Positions 38,234-48,129 are shown, counted from the first letter of the stretch. The stretch: DNA of 64,000 bases from Candidatus Heimdallarchaeota archaeon (GCA_018238155.1 JABCTZ010000019.1:32001-96000); one strand, 5' to 3'. Notes: generated by a model from the letters alone, not told the origin. Made by a program: numbers and translations.

Positions 38234-39871
38234 TTACTTCCGTTTCTTAGAGAAAATGAGTATGATGACAAGTATGAATGCGATTGTTGGCATAACAGCT
38301 ATGAATACCAAGAAACCATCAACAGGATGAGAAGGGGTAGCAGGTAGGGGAGTATCAACATCGGGTAGGGGGGTATCAACAAATTTCACAATAAACATGT
38401 CACTAAAATCACTGGTTGTATTATCATAAGCATTTAAGGTTGGAAATTCAGTTGACCAAGTTTTACCTATAATATAACAACTGCCATTCTCAGCAGTAGT
38501 AATTCCATAACCCATATCAGTTGAATTCCCACCAAGGTAGGTGCTCCAGAAGAGTGATCCAGTAGAGGAAAATTTCATAACAAAAGTATCATAGCCATGT
38601 GCTTTGGAATCATCATACGCATTGAGAGTGGGAAAATTCTTGGAACCAGTATACCCTACGACATAGCAGCTCCCGTTACTTGTGGTAGCAACATCAGAAC
38701 CACGTTCGCCACTACTTCCGCCAAGGAAAGAGCTCCAGAGAAACGAACCATTAGAATCAAACTTGGCAAGAAATGCATCACCGCCCCTCCCATAGGTGTT
38801 GTTATACCCATGTTGTGTCGGAAAATCAGGTGAAGCAGTATAACCTGTGACATAACAGCTGCCATCACTTGCAGTAGTAATGCCCAACGCTTCATCCCAA
38901 TAAATCCCACCAAAGTAGGTACTCCAGAGCAAGGAACCATTCTTGGCAAACTTCGAAAGATAGACATCCCAGTCACCATTCTGGGTAGTATCATAAGCGT
39001 TCTGTGTCGGAAAATCAGGTGATGAAGTAAAACCTGTAATATAGCAGCTTCCATCACTGGTCACAGTAATCCCATATCCCACATCAATTCTGTTCCCACC
39101 AACGTAAGAACTCCACAGAAGGGTACCATTCGAAGCAAATTTGGTAAGAAAGATGTCTTTACTACCACCATTATACGTACTCTCATAGGCATTGAGAGTG
39201 GGAAAATCGCTGGATGTGGTTTCTCCTGTAACATAACAGCTCCCATCAGTCGCAACAGCTATACTATGCCCAATATCCAAGTCACCCCCACCACCAAGGT
39301 AGGTACTCCAGAGTAATGAGCCATTTGCTGCGAACTTGGCAACAAACGCATCAGTTAAACCTCCGTTAAATGTATTATCAAAAGCATTTTTGGTTGGAAA
39401 ATCGCTGGATGTTGTTTCTCCTGTTACATAACAGCTTCCATCACTCGCAACAGCTATGCTACGCGCAACGTCAACCATACCTCCCCCTCCAAGGTAAGTA
39501 CTCCAAAGCAGTGAATTATTACTTGCAAATTTCGTTATTATCGCATCATTGCTACCATTCAAAGTATTATCATATGCATTTTTGGTTGGAAAGTCGCTGG
39601 ATTTGCTTTGCCCTGTGACGTAATAGCTTCCATCGTTAGTCACAGCAATACCTTCTCCATTTTCCCCTCCAGCTTCACCACCAAGGAAGGTGCTATAATT
39701 CAGCTTAGGATAAATAGCTGGTAAAGTTTCAGAACAAGTTACTGTGTGAATAGGATCAAAAGGAAATTTTAGTTGAGGTATTGAAAAAAGTATTATACTA
39801 ATAAGAAGAACAATGCCCAAACGGTTGAGAACCAACCGAAAAGATTTTACCACACAAATCCCCATTAACAT
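38234..39871 (-). CDS. SBBP-repeat (seven-bladed beta-propeller) surface protein
   Basis: Seven ~62-aa repeats STYLGG...G..IAV.SDGSCYVTG.T.S.DFPT.NAYD...D.F..KF; signal peptide and C-terminal TM + KKRK. Confidence 0.9.
   Translation of the reverse strand: MLMGICVVKSFRLVLNRLGIVLLISIILFSIPQLKFPFDPIHTVTCSETLPAIYPKLNYSTFLGGEAGGENGEGIAVTNDGSYYVTGQSKSSDFPTKNAYDNTLNGSNDAIITKFASNNSLLWSTYLGGGGMVDVARSIAVASDGSCYVTGETTSSDFPTKNAFDNTFNGGLTDAFVAKFAANGSLLWSTYLGGGGDLDIGHSIAVATDGSCYVTGETTSSDFPTLNAYESTYNGGSKDIFLTKFASNGTLLWSSYVGGNRIDVGYGITVTSDGSCYITGFTSSPDFPTQNAYDTTQNGDWDVYLSKFAKNGSLLWSTYFGGIYWDEALGITTASDGSCYVTGYTASPDFPTQHGYNNTYGRGGDAFLAKFDSNGSFLWSSFLGGSSGERGSDVATTSNGSCYVVGYTGSKNFPTLNAYDDSKAHGYDTFVMKFSSTGSLFWSTYLGGNSTDMGYGITTAENGSCYIIGKTWSTEFPTLNAYDNTTSDFSDMFIVKFVDTPLPDVDTPLPATPSHPVDGFLVFIAVMPTIAFILVIILIFSKKRK
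38385..39700 (-). repeat. Intragenic ~186-bp tandem repeat units of SBBP gene
   Basis: For example GGAAAATCGCTGGATGT(G/T)GTTTCTCCTGT(A/T)ACATAACAGCT at ~39201 and ~39396; TGTGTCGGAAAATCAGGTGA at ~38814 and ~39003. Confidence 0.85.
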
Positions 39872-39920
39872 ACTAACTCAAACATCTATAAATTTTGCTA
39901 CCAGTGAAAAGAAAAATAAA

Positions 39921-40328
39921 TTGTTAGAAATCTGTGGACAATCTTGTAATAATGGACATTGTAATGGTTTTGCTTTTAGTAGGTATAGATTACCCCGTTT
40001 AAAGACTCATGAATTAGAGGGATTAATAGAAGAGAAACAATTCTTCTCATTTTGTTTTCGAGAAGTGAAACAGAAGAAAGATTTTCCGTGTGCGTTACTA
40101 TACTATCTTGGTCATTTAATTGATAATCGAATTATAGATATTGTTAAAGCTCAAATGATTTTGGAGGAAGGTTTAGTTTTCTTTTCAGAACAGAATCATT
40201 TAGAGAAAGAACGTGAAAGCATTAGAAAAAATCTCTCCACTTCTCCATCCGAGAGTCCTTATGGTCTTGATAATGAATTAGAGAAAGATGATTTCAATGT
40301 TGAGGAGTTTGATGATTTTGAGTGGTAG
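39921..40328 (+). CDS. Hypothetical Cys-containing protein, possibly N-terminally truncated (island)
   Basis: The ORF-track start (39813) overlaps the SBBP gene head-to-head. The protein-like part begins near TTG 39921 (LLEICGQSCNNGHC...FC...FPC) and ends in an acidic tail. Confidence 0.5.
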   Translation: MLEICGQSCNNGHCNGFAFSRYRLPRLKTHELEGLIEEKQFFSFCFREVKQKKDFPCALLYYLGHLIDNRIIDIVKAQMILEEGLVFFSEQNHLEKERESIRKNLSTSPSESPYGLDNELEKDDFNVEEFDDFEW

Positions 40329-41340
40329 ATTTTTCGAAGAAAAACATAGGGAATTATTCATTCGAAAATGCCCTCGACCTGCAAGAGAACCTTATACTAA
40401 ATGTCTCTATAATATCTGGAAAGAGTTGATTGATGATCTTCAGGCAATAGACCAAGATTTGGAGAAGGTTATACGAGGAAGGAAAGGAAACAGAGAAGTT
40501 GATCCTTTACTACTAAATGATATTCTACAAGATTTAGAAGTGAAAGTTAGAGAACGATTATTAGAAACAAAAAAGGGAATTGATTTCCTTGAACAAGAAG
40601 GCATAAATGGACTAAAGATGGTTGTCTATTGTGTGCTTAACTGTGGAAAATTGGTTTCTGGTTTCTATAAGAAAAGTAACAAAATCAGTGAAATGAAATT
40701 GGCACTTTTGCACGAGGTAATCATCTATTATTATCTTAAAGGAGATAATAACGTTAGTAATAGTACTATCCAACAATATGAGAAAATGATTGAGAAACGA
40801 AAGAAACTGAAAAAAGAGGGGAAATTAAAGAAAAGAGACCCAGTAGATTTGTCTGTTTTCAAAGAAGTAGAGGAATATGAAACTAACAAAGATACCAAAA
40901 ATACTATTCTTAACGCTTGGGATGATTTCTCAAAGAGAGACGACAAACCGATGTTAGAGAAAATAGAACAAAGAGACGAATTAGAAGATAAGGTCGAATC
41001 TTTAGAAGAGAATATTCTTGATATTGAATCACTCTTAGATTTTAATTTTACTCAAATATTAGAAGGAGATGAAGAATTGACAGATGTTTTACTGGATTTT
41101 TGTCCCAAAGGAGAACGACAAGATTTTACTTGTGAAGTAGATAATGAATTTTACAATCTTGTGTCAACAAGATTAATCCATTCTTTTCTGAAGAATACAG
41201 AATTATTCAAAGAGATAGATTTGACAGCAGAGTGTCTTGTAGAAGAAAAACCAGATGTCACTAAACTTCGAAGGAAAGTAGACTTGTATATTCGAAGGTA
41301 CGGAAAACATTGGGACTGGACTCCAGAATTAAAGAATTAG
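40312..41340 (+). CDS. Hypothetical helical protein (island)
   Basis: Long ORF, GAGGAG at 40302-40307 before ATG 40312; overlaps the previous stop. Confidence 0.75.
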   Translation: MILSGRFFEEKHRELFIRKCPRPAREPYTKCLYNIWKELIDDLQAIDQDLEKVIRGRKGNREVDPLLLNDILQDLEVKVRERLLETKKGIDFLEQEGINGLKMVVYCVLNCGKLVSGFYKKSNKISEMKLALLHEVIIYYYLKGDNNVSNSTIQQYEKMIEKRKKLKKEGKLKKRDPVDLSVFKEVEEYETNKDTKNTILNAWDDFSKRDDKPMLEKIEQRDELEDKVESLEENILDIESLLDFNFTQILEGDEELTDVLLDFCPKGERQDFTCEVDNEFYNLVSTRLIHSFLKNTELFKEIDLTAECLVEEKPDVTKLRRKVDLYIRRYGKHWDWTPELKN

Positions 41341-41433
41341 TTCATTCTCTGTACTATCTGTCATTTAGTTCGACATATTGTTCTTTTATCCAAGCTTGAT
41401 AAAAAGCAAGGTGTAGAGGTTTTCTTTAAGTAT

Positions 41434-42051
41434 ATGGGTGAAATTTACGAACTTGATCAAGATACTGTTTTGAAGAAACAAAAAGATGCGTTGGAGTTTT
41501 TCAAGGTAGAGGGAGAACTACAAAAAGCTTCCCGAGAGAAAATGACTCATTCTCCTTTACCGCAAAATTTTAGAATAGAAGAAACGAAAGAATTTTTTGA
41601 GAAAGTTGCTGTAACAATAGACTATGATAAGTTTACACCTGAGGAGATAGTTGATAAGAGAAGTATCGCTAAAAGTTTGTTAGGAATTACTGAGAATGGA
41701 AATTCGGATTGGATTAAAAACAAAACAAAAATCTGGAAGAAAGAAGTCGAATTACGACAATTTTTGGCATTAGAGATATTGGACGGAATGGATGGTTTAA
41801 GTAAAAAAGAAAAATCGGTTATTCGACAAGAAGAAAAGAGCTCTGAGCAGTCAGTTATCCACGATGAACAAGTAAAACAATATAAGATAAAGTGTGATGA
41901 ATGTAAGAAAACGATTGATTTTGATGTGTGTGGTAAGAATTCGAAAATTATTTTAGATAATATAAACAGGTCTAGAAAAGACCTTCAGCGGCTTTGGAGA
42001 GAACGAGAAGATTTGAGACCGTGTATAGCAAACGAACTACTAAGAAAATAA
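41434..42051 (+). CDS. Hypothetical protein with C-terminal Cys cluster (island)
   Basis: 205-aa charged ORF with CDEC...C...C. Confidence 0.7.
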   Translation: MGEIYELDQDTVLKKQKDALEFFKVEGELQKASREKMTHSPLPQNFRIEETKEFFEKVAVTIDYDKFTPEEIVDKRSIAKSLLGITENGNSDWIKNKTKIWKKEVELRQFLALEILDGMDGLSKKEKSVIRQEEKSSEQSVIHDEQVKQYKIKCDECKKTIDFDVCGKNSKIILDNINRSRKDLQRLWREREDLRPCIANELLRK

Positions 42052-42111
42052 AAAAGATGGAATACATTTATGCAAAATCTCATAAGCTTTTCTTTCTGAA
42101 TTAATCCATTA

Positions 42112-44220
42112 TCATATTAATTTTATAATTCCTTCTTTTTCATATTGTTTCATGATTTTTACTAATAATGGAATGCTTACTTCCCCACGCTGTTGCTTTA
42201 CTTTTTCTGCTATTTCTGCTATCGTTCTTCTTCCATCTATCCAAAAAATAGCTGTCTTTACTGTTTGCATCATTTCTTTGTGATCTTTAGCAATTTTCTC
42301 ATATTCCAATTGTTGTTCATAGCTTATATCTAAACGATTTAAGCTTGTTATTGGTCCTCGATATTTCTTTACTGGTATAAGCATCTCTTCTTTAGTATCC
42401 GCTGAATCTTCTTTTCCGTCTGGCTCTTTGGGTGTTATTTTTAAGCTATTTCCAAGTTTAGTTATTATCTCTTTTACTTGAACAAGCTCTTCCTTTGTTA
42501 TTTTGTTGATGAGATTCTCTTCACTTTGAATTAATGCTGTGAAATCCTCTTTGTCATCTTTCTCGGAAAGAAGTTTGGAGATTGATTTTAGTGCTAAAAT
42601 TTCTCTTTCTCTTCTAAAGTCTAACATGCCTTCCAATTTAATCAAATAGTCATAAAGTAGATTTCCTCTTTTTTCCTGATTAACCTCTTTTTGTAATTTT
42701 TCCATCAAGCTACTGGTATATTCTCTACTGAATTTTATTAGCCGTTCTCTACCTTTACTGCCAACTTCTTGAACAATCCATATTATTTCAGAATAACCAG
42801 CATTGGCAATAAAATAACAATAAGTTCCAACAATAGAACCTACAATATCCAACATATCTGTTGAAATTTTATCAAGTGTATCCTCTCCGGTGTGATAATA
42901 TCTGTCTGGCCATTGTATTAGCATAGGCGTTCCAATACCAATATCTGGAAAACCGAGTATTGCGTGGTCTGATCCACCAGAGAATGGTTGATCGTTTGCA
43001 TTTTTGAAAGTAGCAATGGAACCCGTCTCAGTGAAGTTTGTTACTTCTTTTCCCCTTCTATGTAAAATAGCACTAAGAACCTCATTTACATAAGAGGGGC
43101 AGGCATCGTGTGTCCGCTCCATAACTAATGTACGCCCACCACCGATAGATTGATCCGCGCCAACCATATCTGTGTTCAGTGCAGCAACAAAATTCTCTAT
43201 TTTCTTTTCATTACTTGCTAAATAACAAAAGGTTCCAGTAAATTCTGCCATTAACAAAAACCTAATGCTTCTTTTTGGTTTTTCTAATTTTCCGCTTTCA
43301 ATAAGGGAATTTAGTGTTCTGGCAATTTCAATAAGTGTTCCACAACCTGAGGCATTGTCTACTGCTCCTGGTTTTGGATGACAAAGGTGAGCAACAGCAA
43401 GAATTTCTTGACCTTTAATTTTACCTGGAATTGTGAAATCGACTACTTCCATTTCTCCATCGTAAAAACTCGCATCTATCTTTGCATGTAGTTTCACATG
43501 TTTCTGTTTTTTTCCTTCTTTTTTTGTTTCTTTATCAATATTTTTTATTAGATTTCTAAGCTGATTACCTTGTTCTGATGAGAGAACAAAACCAAATGCA
43601 TCTCCTTCATCTCCCTCTGTTCCATACCAAAATGATGTGTACCTACGTGCAGTAGGAAAGTTCTCTCTTGTTCTTACAGGTGGTAATTCACTCACCAAAT
43701 CGTAAATAATACCCGCTGCACCAAGTTTATTTATAGCAAGTAATCGTATTTTTTTCAAATCTGGGTCATCAGTCAGAATGAATTTATTCTTTATATCATA
43801 TTTTTTCATTTCATTTTCGGATAATCCTTTAGGGAGAATTATTACTTCGGCTGATATTCCCTCTTCACCAGTTGCTTTTGAGCGTTGAATAACTGAACAA
43901 GGACTTTCAAAGAATCGGCATAGAATCTTTGCTTTATTTGTAGGTTCTACAAGCTCAAGTGAAGCTGATTTTATACTCCATTCTTTTGGTACCGGACATC
44001 CCCAATATTTGTTATTACCTTTTGCAGGATATTTATGAATTTTAACAAATGGAATTGAATGCTCTTTTAGTTTCTTATTACAAAATTCAGCTGCCTCTCG
44101 AAAACCCGGCGAGGATTGTATGCGATGAAAATTAGCTATTCCCCCGATAAGCTCTTTAGCATTTTTCCCTGAGAATTCTTTTGAAATTTCGGTTAAGATT
44201 TTTTGAAACATTACAAACAT
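42112..44220 (-). CDS. DUF4910 / M28-family aminopeptidase-like protein with PA domain and C-terminal winged helix
   Basis: FHRIQSSPG, AHLCHPKPGAVDNASG, AEFTGT, NTDMVG, GGSDH, WPDRYYHT..D, FWIDGRRTIAEI. Confidence 0.9.
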   Translation of the reverse strand: MFVMFQKILTEISKEFSGKNAKELIGGIANFHRIQSSPGFREAAEFCNKKLKEHSIPFVKIHKYPAKGNNKYWGCPVPKEWSIKSASLELVEPTNKAKILCRFFESPCSVIQRSKATGEEGISAEVIILPKGLSENEMKKYDIKNKFILTDDPDLKKIRLLAINKLGAAGIIYDLVSELPPVRTRENFPTARRYTSFWYGTEGDEGDAFGFVLSSEQGNQLRNLIKNIDKETKKEGKKQKHVKLHAKIDASFYDGEMEVVDFTIPGKIKGQEILAVAHLCHPKPGAVDNASGCGTLIEIARTLNSLIESGKLEKPKRSIRFLLMAEFTGTFCYLASNEKKIENFVAALNTDMVGADQSIGGGRTLVMERTHDACPSYVNEVLSAILHRRGKEVTNFTETGSIATFKNANDQPFSGGSDHAILGFPDIGIGTPMLIQWPDRYYHTGEDTLDKISTDMLDIVGSIVGTYCYFIANAGYSEIIWIVQEVGSKGRERLIKFSREYTSSLMEKLQKEVNQEKRGNLLYDYLIKLEGMLDFRREREILALKSISKLLSEKDDKEDFTALIQSEENLINKITKEELVQVKEIITKLGNSLKITPKEPDGKEDSADTKEEMLIPVKKYRGPITSLNRLDISYEQQLEYEKIAKDHKEMMQTVKTAIFWIDGRRTIAEIAEKVKQQRGEVSIPLLVKIMKQYEKEGIIKLI

Positions 44221-44349
44221 ACTGTTACTTTACTGTATAAACCTTTTTTACGAAAACATCCACAAATATTATTATATTTTAAATCATTGTAGTGCAAGAA
44301 CAAATCTATCTACTATATGATATTTTGATAGAAAAAGAGAGTGTATTAG

Positions 44350-45621
44350 TTGAATGAAACAGAATTCCCTTTGAAACCATTACCTGAGAGAGACGATCTC
44401 TATTTTCCAGATCTAGATTTGAATATTTCTAAAGTCGTACCTACAGCCTTGTCCTTATTAGGAATGGATTTTGATACAAGCAAATTACTGAATAAATATT
44501 TGGAACGAAAAGAAGGTTGGAAAACTATTAAAAGTTCGAAAATATCAAAGGTTGTGGTTCTTGTTTTAGATGCTTTGGGTTTTGAATCCTTTAAGCGTTA
44601 TTCCTTATTGCTTAAGAATTGTTATAAAAGAAACGGTGTTGCTATTTCTTCTGTATTTCCAACGATTACAAGCACCTGTATGGTTACAATTCATCAAGGA
44701 TCAATGCCAATAAAACATGGTATTGTAGGACAAAAAATACGTTTTACTGAGATTGGCACTATTGTTGATACTTTGACCCTAAGAACAAAAGATACTCGTT
44801 TTGGTAATCTTGAAACTGCCGGTGTTAAGGTTAAAAATTTTCTCTGGGAAGATTTTCTTCTAAATGATAATAGTCCAATCATTAGTATAGATTTGATAGA
44901 AAATCACATAGCAAATACTGGTCTATCTCATTTGTTGCATGAACATCCTCATTCTATTGGATATTCCAGCCATGTTGATTGTTTTGCCGCTGCTAAAAGA
45001 ATTCTAGAAACACCTGTAAATCGTCCTCTGTTTTTAAAAATCTATATTGGATCAATTGATAGTATCTCTCATAGATATACTACTGACAGTCATGTATTAG
45101 AGGACGAAATTAGAAGTATTGAAGAGATATTATTCAAGTTCTTCGAACGATTAGACTCTCAAATTGCTTCAGAAACGGCTATTTTTATAACCGCTGATCA
45201 TGGACAAGAAAATTTAACTCCTGAAAAGAAAATAGTGGTCACAGAAGAAGAGGAGGATTATTTGAAAAACTTGCTTGAATCAAGAGGAAGAAGCGGGAGG
45301 GTAGTTCATTTGTTTTCTCGACCTGGAAAACACGAAGCGGTTGTTCAATGGTTTAAAGTTAAAATTGGTGATAATGGTGTTGTCCTTACTCCTAACATGT
45401 ACCCTGATTTTATGGGTGAGGGTGCTAATTCTTCAAAAGTAATAGACCGTATTGGTGATGTTCAAGTGGTGTTGGGTAAAAATGCTTCAATATTCTTTGG
45501 TCATTCTGGTGATTATGATACGACATTCCATTTAGGTTTAAATGCAACTCATGGCTCATTAAGCAGAGATGAATTAATTGTTCCACTATTATTTGGAAGA
45601 ATAGCTGATTTTGTAAAATAA
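44350..45621 (+). CDS. Alkaline phosphatase superfamily / nucleotide pyrophosphatase-like protein
   Basis: LDALG, SVFPTITST (Thr nucleophile), HGIVG, D..SH, TADHG, HGSL...E..VP. Confidence 0.9.
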   Translation: MNETEFPLKPLPERDDLYFPDLDLNISKVVPTALSLLGMDFDTSKLLNKYLERKEGWKTIKSSKISKVVVLVLDALGFESFKRYSLLLKNCYKRNGVAISSVFPTITSTCMVTIHQGSMPIKHGIVGQKIRFTEIGTIVDTLTLRTKDTRFGNLETAGVKVKNFLWEDFLLNDNSPIISIDLIENHIANTGLSHLLHEHPHSIGYSSHVDCFAAAKRILETPVNRPLFLKIYIGSIDSISHRYTTDSHVLEDEIRSIEEILFKFFERLDSQIASETAIFITADHGQENLTPEKKIVVTEEEEDYLKNLLESRGRSGRVVHLFSRPGKHEAVVQWFKVKIGDNGVVLTPNMYPDFMGEGANSSKVIDRIGDVQVVLGKNASIFFGHSGDYDTTFHLGLNATHGSLSRDELIVPLLFGRIADFVK

Positions 45622-45645
45622 TGAAAAGAAAGAAAAAGGATTAAC

Positions 45646-45674
45646 CACGGTCGATTCCTATTTCGTCAACCGTG
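45646..45674 (-). terminator. GC-rich stem-loop + U-tract in alba 3' region
   Basis: Minus-strand RNA CACGGUUGA-CGAAAUAGGAA-UCGACCGUG: 9-bp stem with one G-U pair, followed by CCUUUUUCUUUCUUUUC. Confidence 0.55.
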
Positions 45675-45691
45675 CAATTTGGGGAGAAAAC

Positions 45692-45985
45692 CTATTTCTT
45701 TTTGCTAATAGTAATCTCAATTGCTGAGACATTAGCTGTTCCACCTTCGCGTCGTTCAATTTTCTCAGTGCTAATTTCAATTTTCTTAATTTGAGCATCT
45801 GTTACGAATCGATGACGAATAATTTCAGCAGTATCAACAGCACGGCTAATAGCACGCCCTCTTGCTTTCAAAATTAAATCTTGATTGCCTTCGTTCAGTT
45901 GAGTAATACAAGCGAGAACGTAGGACATAACGGTTTTAGAGCCAATGAATACAACATTGGGTTCGGATGCTTTGGATTTTGACAT
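45692..45985 (-). CDS. albA: DNA/RNA-binding protein Alba
   Basis: [34 protein letters not shown]. Confidence 0.96.
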   Translation of the reverse strand: MSKSKASEPNVVFIGSKTVMSYVLACITQLNEGNQDLILKARGRAISRAVDTAEIIRHRFVTDAQIKKIEISTEKIERREGGTANVSAIEITISKKK

Positions 45986-46114
45986 TGTAGAATCACCTAA
46001 GTAGTCGATGTGTTATTTGTGATTGTCAATCAACCAGCTTATGAAAATATATCTTTTTCTGTTGGTTTAGTTGATTTTAAGAAAAAAATAGCTAAAAAAC
46101 AAGATGAATATCAC

Positions 46115-46957
46115 TTATTCATCTTTTCCTGCGTAAGCTTTCAATAAATCAAAATCACGTATCATGCCAATGATATCTCCTTTTGAATTGATAACTGGCA
46201 TTTGGTAAAGGGCCATTCGTCTCATCTTCTTTGCCACATCACTAAGAGTAGCTTTACTGAAGGTGGTAACAACTTCTTTGGTCATGATTTCTTTTAATGG
46301 TGTACTTGGCAAAGTCAAATCTTTTGTATGGATAATAATAGTTGAAACAGCGTCCCAACTTCCTTCTTTTCCTTCACCAGTAGTATTATCACTTCTTTTT
46401 TCGCTGCTCACAGCTTCAAAGAATTTAACAAAATCAACTACAGTGATTATACCAACCATTGCTGCTTTATCGTCAAAAACTAATGCTGATTCTGCTTCAG
46501 CAAAGGCCATCATTTTCTGAGCAACTGGTAATGGAGTTTCTTGCCATATACTTAAAACGGAACTGGACATGTATTCTTCAATTGTTTTTTCAGAAGATGT
46601 TATTGCAATTACTTTAGCAATTATATCTCCAATAGTAATCATTCCAATAAATCCTCTGGAGTTTATCACCGGCATTTGTCTGAAATCATTTTCAGTCATT
46701 ATTTTGATTGCTTCTGAAATTGCTGTTTTTGGAGAAATTGTCCTTGGATTTTTCGTCATTAAAAGTGCTAATTGGGTTTCAGATGGTTTACTTACAATAT
46801 CAGTTTCGGTAATAATTCCAACCACTTGTTTTGTACCTTCTTTTAAAACGGGAAAACTGGTTATTTCATGTTCTCGTATTAATTCAAATAAATCATCTCT
46901 TGAACCTGGAACTATAGCACATACCGGATCAGTAGTCATTACATCTTGGACTTTCAA
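46115..46957 (-). CDS. Tandem CBS-domain protein (4 CBS)
   Basis: V.DVMT..P, FPV...VGII..D repeated four times. Confidence 0.9.
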   Translation of the reverse strand: MKVQDVMTTDPVCAIVPGSRDDLFELIREHEITSFPVLKEGTKQVVGIITETDIVSKPSETQLALLMTKNPRTISPKTAISEAIKIMTENDFRQMPVINSRGFIGMITIGDIIAKVIAITSSEKTIEEYMSSSVLSIWQETPLPVAQKMMAFAEAESALVFDDKAAMVGIITVVDFVKFFEAVSSEKRSDNTTGEGKEGSWDAVSTIIIHTKDLTLPSTPLKEIMTKEVVTTFSKATLSDVAKKMRRMALYQMPVINSKGDIIGMIRDFDLLKAYAGKDE

Positions 46958-47103
46958 ATTGGCACATCCTCCGTTGATTTGTTTTTATTTACCTCTGAGA
47001 ATGATAAAAATATCATAACTTATGTGAACTATATTTTAGCTCTTAAAAAGAGTTTTTACACTCTTTACATAGTTATTTGCTTTCCTATCTAATAAACTTC
47101 TCA

Positions 47104-48129
47104 TTAACATACACGTGGTATCTGTTCACCAATAGGCTTTTCAATTATTCTGTGACCACCGACAAGTGTTTTTGATATCACATATCCTGGTCGTTCTTCT
47201 CGGACTTCACCAATTATTGCTGCTGCTTCTCCATGTGGTACTTTTTTTATTGCTTCTAAAATCTCGACTGCTTTATCTGCTTTGACGCCAATGATTACTC
47301 TGCCTTCACAAGTAACACCTAGAGGTTCTAATCCTAGCATTTCGCTCGCAGCATTTACAGCAGGTTTGATTGGTATTTTCTCATCTTCAACCCAAATACT
47401 CACTTTCGATTTTTCTGCTAATTCATTTAATGCAGAAGCTAATCCTCCTCGAGTAGGATCTTTCATTGAAATTACTCCACCTATTTCTAATGCGGTATTT
47501 ACAATATCTTGAACTGATGCAACATCTGAGATCAATTCCGTATCAAATGAAATTCCTTCTCTGCCTGCCATTAATGCAATTCCATGATCACCAACAGTTC
47601 CGGAGACAATTATTTTATCACCAGGCTTCAAATTTGAATCCCTAATATCTAAATTATCGTCTTCAATAATGCCAATACCAGAAGTAATAACCACAATTTG
47701 ATCTAAGGTTCCTTTTGGCATTACTTTAGTATCTCCCGCGATAATTGCAACATTTGTTTGTTTTGCGGTTTCCGCCATTGAATCTACGATTCTCTGTAAA
47801 TCCTTAATAGCAAATCCTTCCTCTATAATCAAGCTTGAAAGTATAGCAATGGGTCTTCCTCCCATAACACAAATATCATTTACGGTTCCCGTTATTGCTA
47901 GCTGCCCAAGGTCTCCACCTGGAAAGAAAATTGGATGAACTGTATGTCCATCAATGGATGTAACTATTCGTTTATCTCCTATTTGAATAGTTGCTCCATC
48001 ATCTTTTTCATCAAGACCAATGCCATCACCAACTTTTCTTAAAGAGATGTTTTTCATAATAAGCTCTAAAAGCTCATCCATTTTTGTTCCGCCAGCACCA
48101 TGGGCAATATCAATATGTTCCGGTAACAT
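47104..48129 (-). CDS. hypE: Hydrogenase maturation protein HypE
   Basis: HGAGG, DDGA, DGHTVHPIFFPGGDLG.LA..GTVND, GDTKV, DPTRGG, C-terminal PRVC; start taken at MLPEH (48129). Confidence 0.95.
   Translation of the reverse strand: MLPEHIDIAHGAGGTKMDELLELIMKNISLRKVGDGIGLDEKDDGATIQIGDKRIVTSIDGHTVHPIFFPGGDLGQLAITGTVNDICVMGGRPIAILSSLIIEEGFAIKDLQRIVDSMAETAKQTNVAIIAGDTKVMPKGTLDQIVVITSGIGIIEDDNLDIRDSNLKPGDKIIVSGTVGDHGIALMAGREGISFDTELISDVASVQDIVNTALEIGGVISMKDPTRGGLASALNELAEKSKVSIWVEDEKIPIKPAVNAASEMLGLEPLGVTCEGRVIIGVKADKAVEILEAIKKVPHGEAAAIIGEVREERPGYVISKTLVGGHRIIEKPIGEQIPRVC

Larger units (their letters stand above)
34745..42051. mobile_element. Accessory island / degraded integrated element of unknown type
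   Basis: Orphan ORF runs, truncated ORFs, disrupted host paralog at the left edge, HEPN remnant, compositional shift in the cargo. No integrase, transposase or att repeats seen. Confidence 0.6.

Noticed and set aside
38385-39700. Periodic repeats considered as a CRISPR array or a DGR template/variable pair
   Set aside because: The period is ~62 codons, in frame within one protein; differences are not adenine-specific; no cas or reverse transcriptase gene is in the window.
34207-42112. attL/attR or target-site duplication at the island ends
   Set aside because: No exact direct or inverted repeat was found by eye; the peptidase similarity is diverged paralogy. The TAC(C)CAG similarity at ~34746 and ~39899 is too short to be significant.
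45646-45674. alba 3' hairpin as a SECIS element
   Set aside because: No in-frame TGA in alba, the CBS gene or neighbouring genes that would need recoding; the stem is too short for a SECIS.
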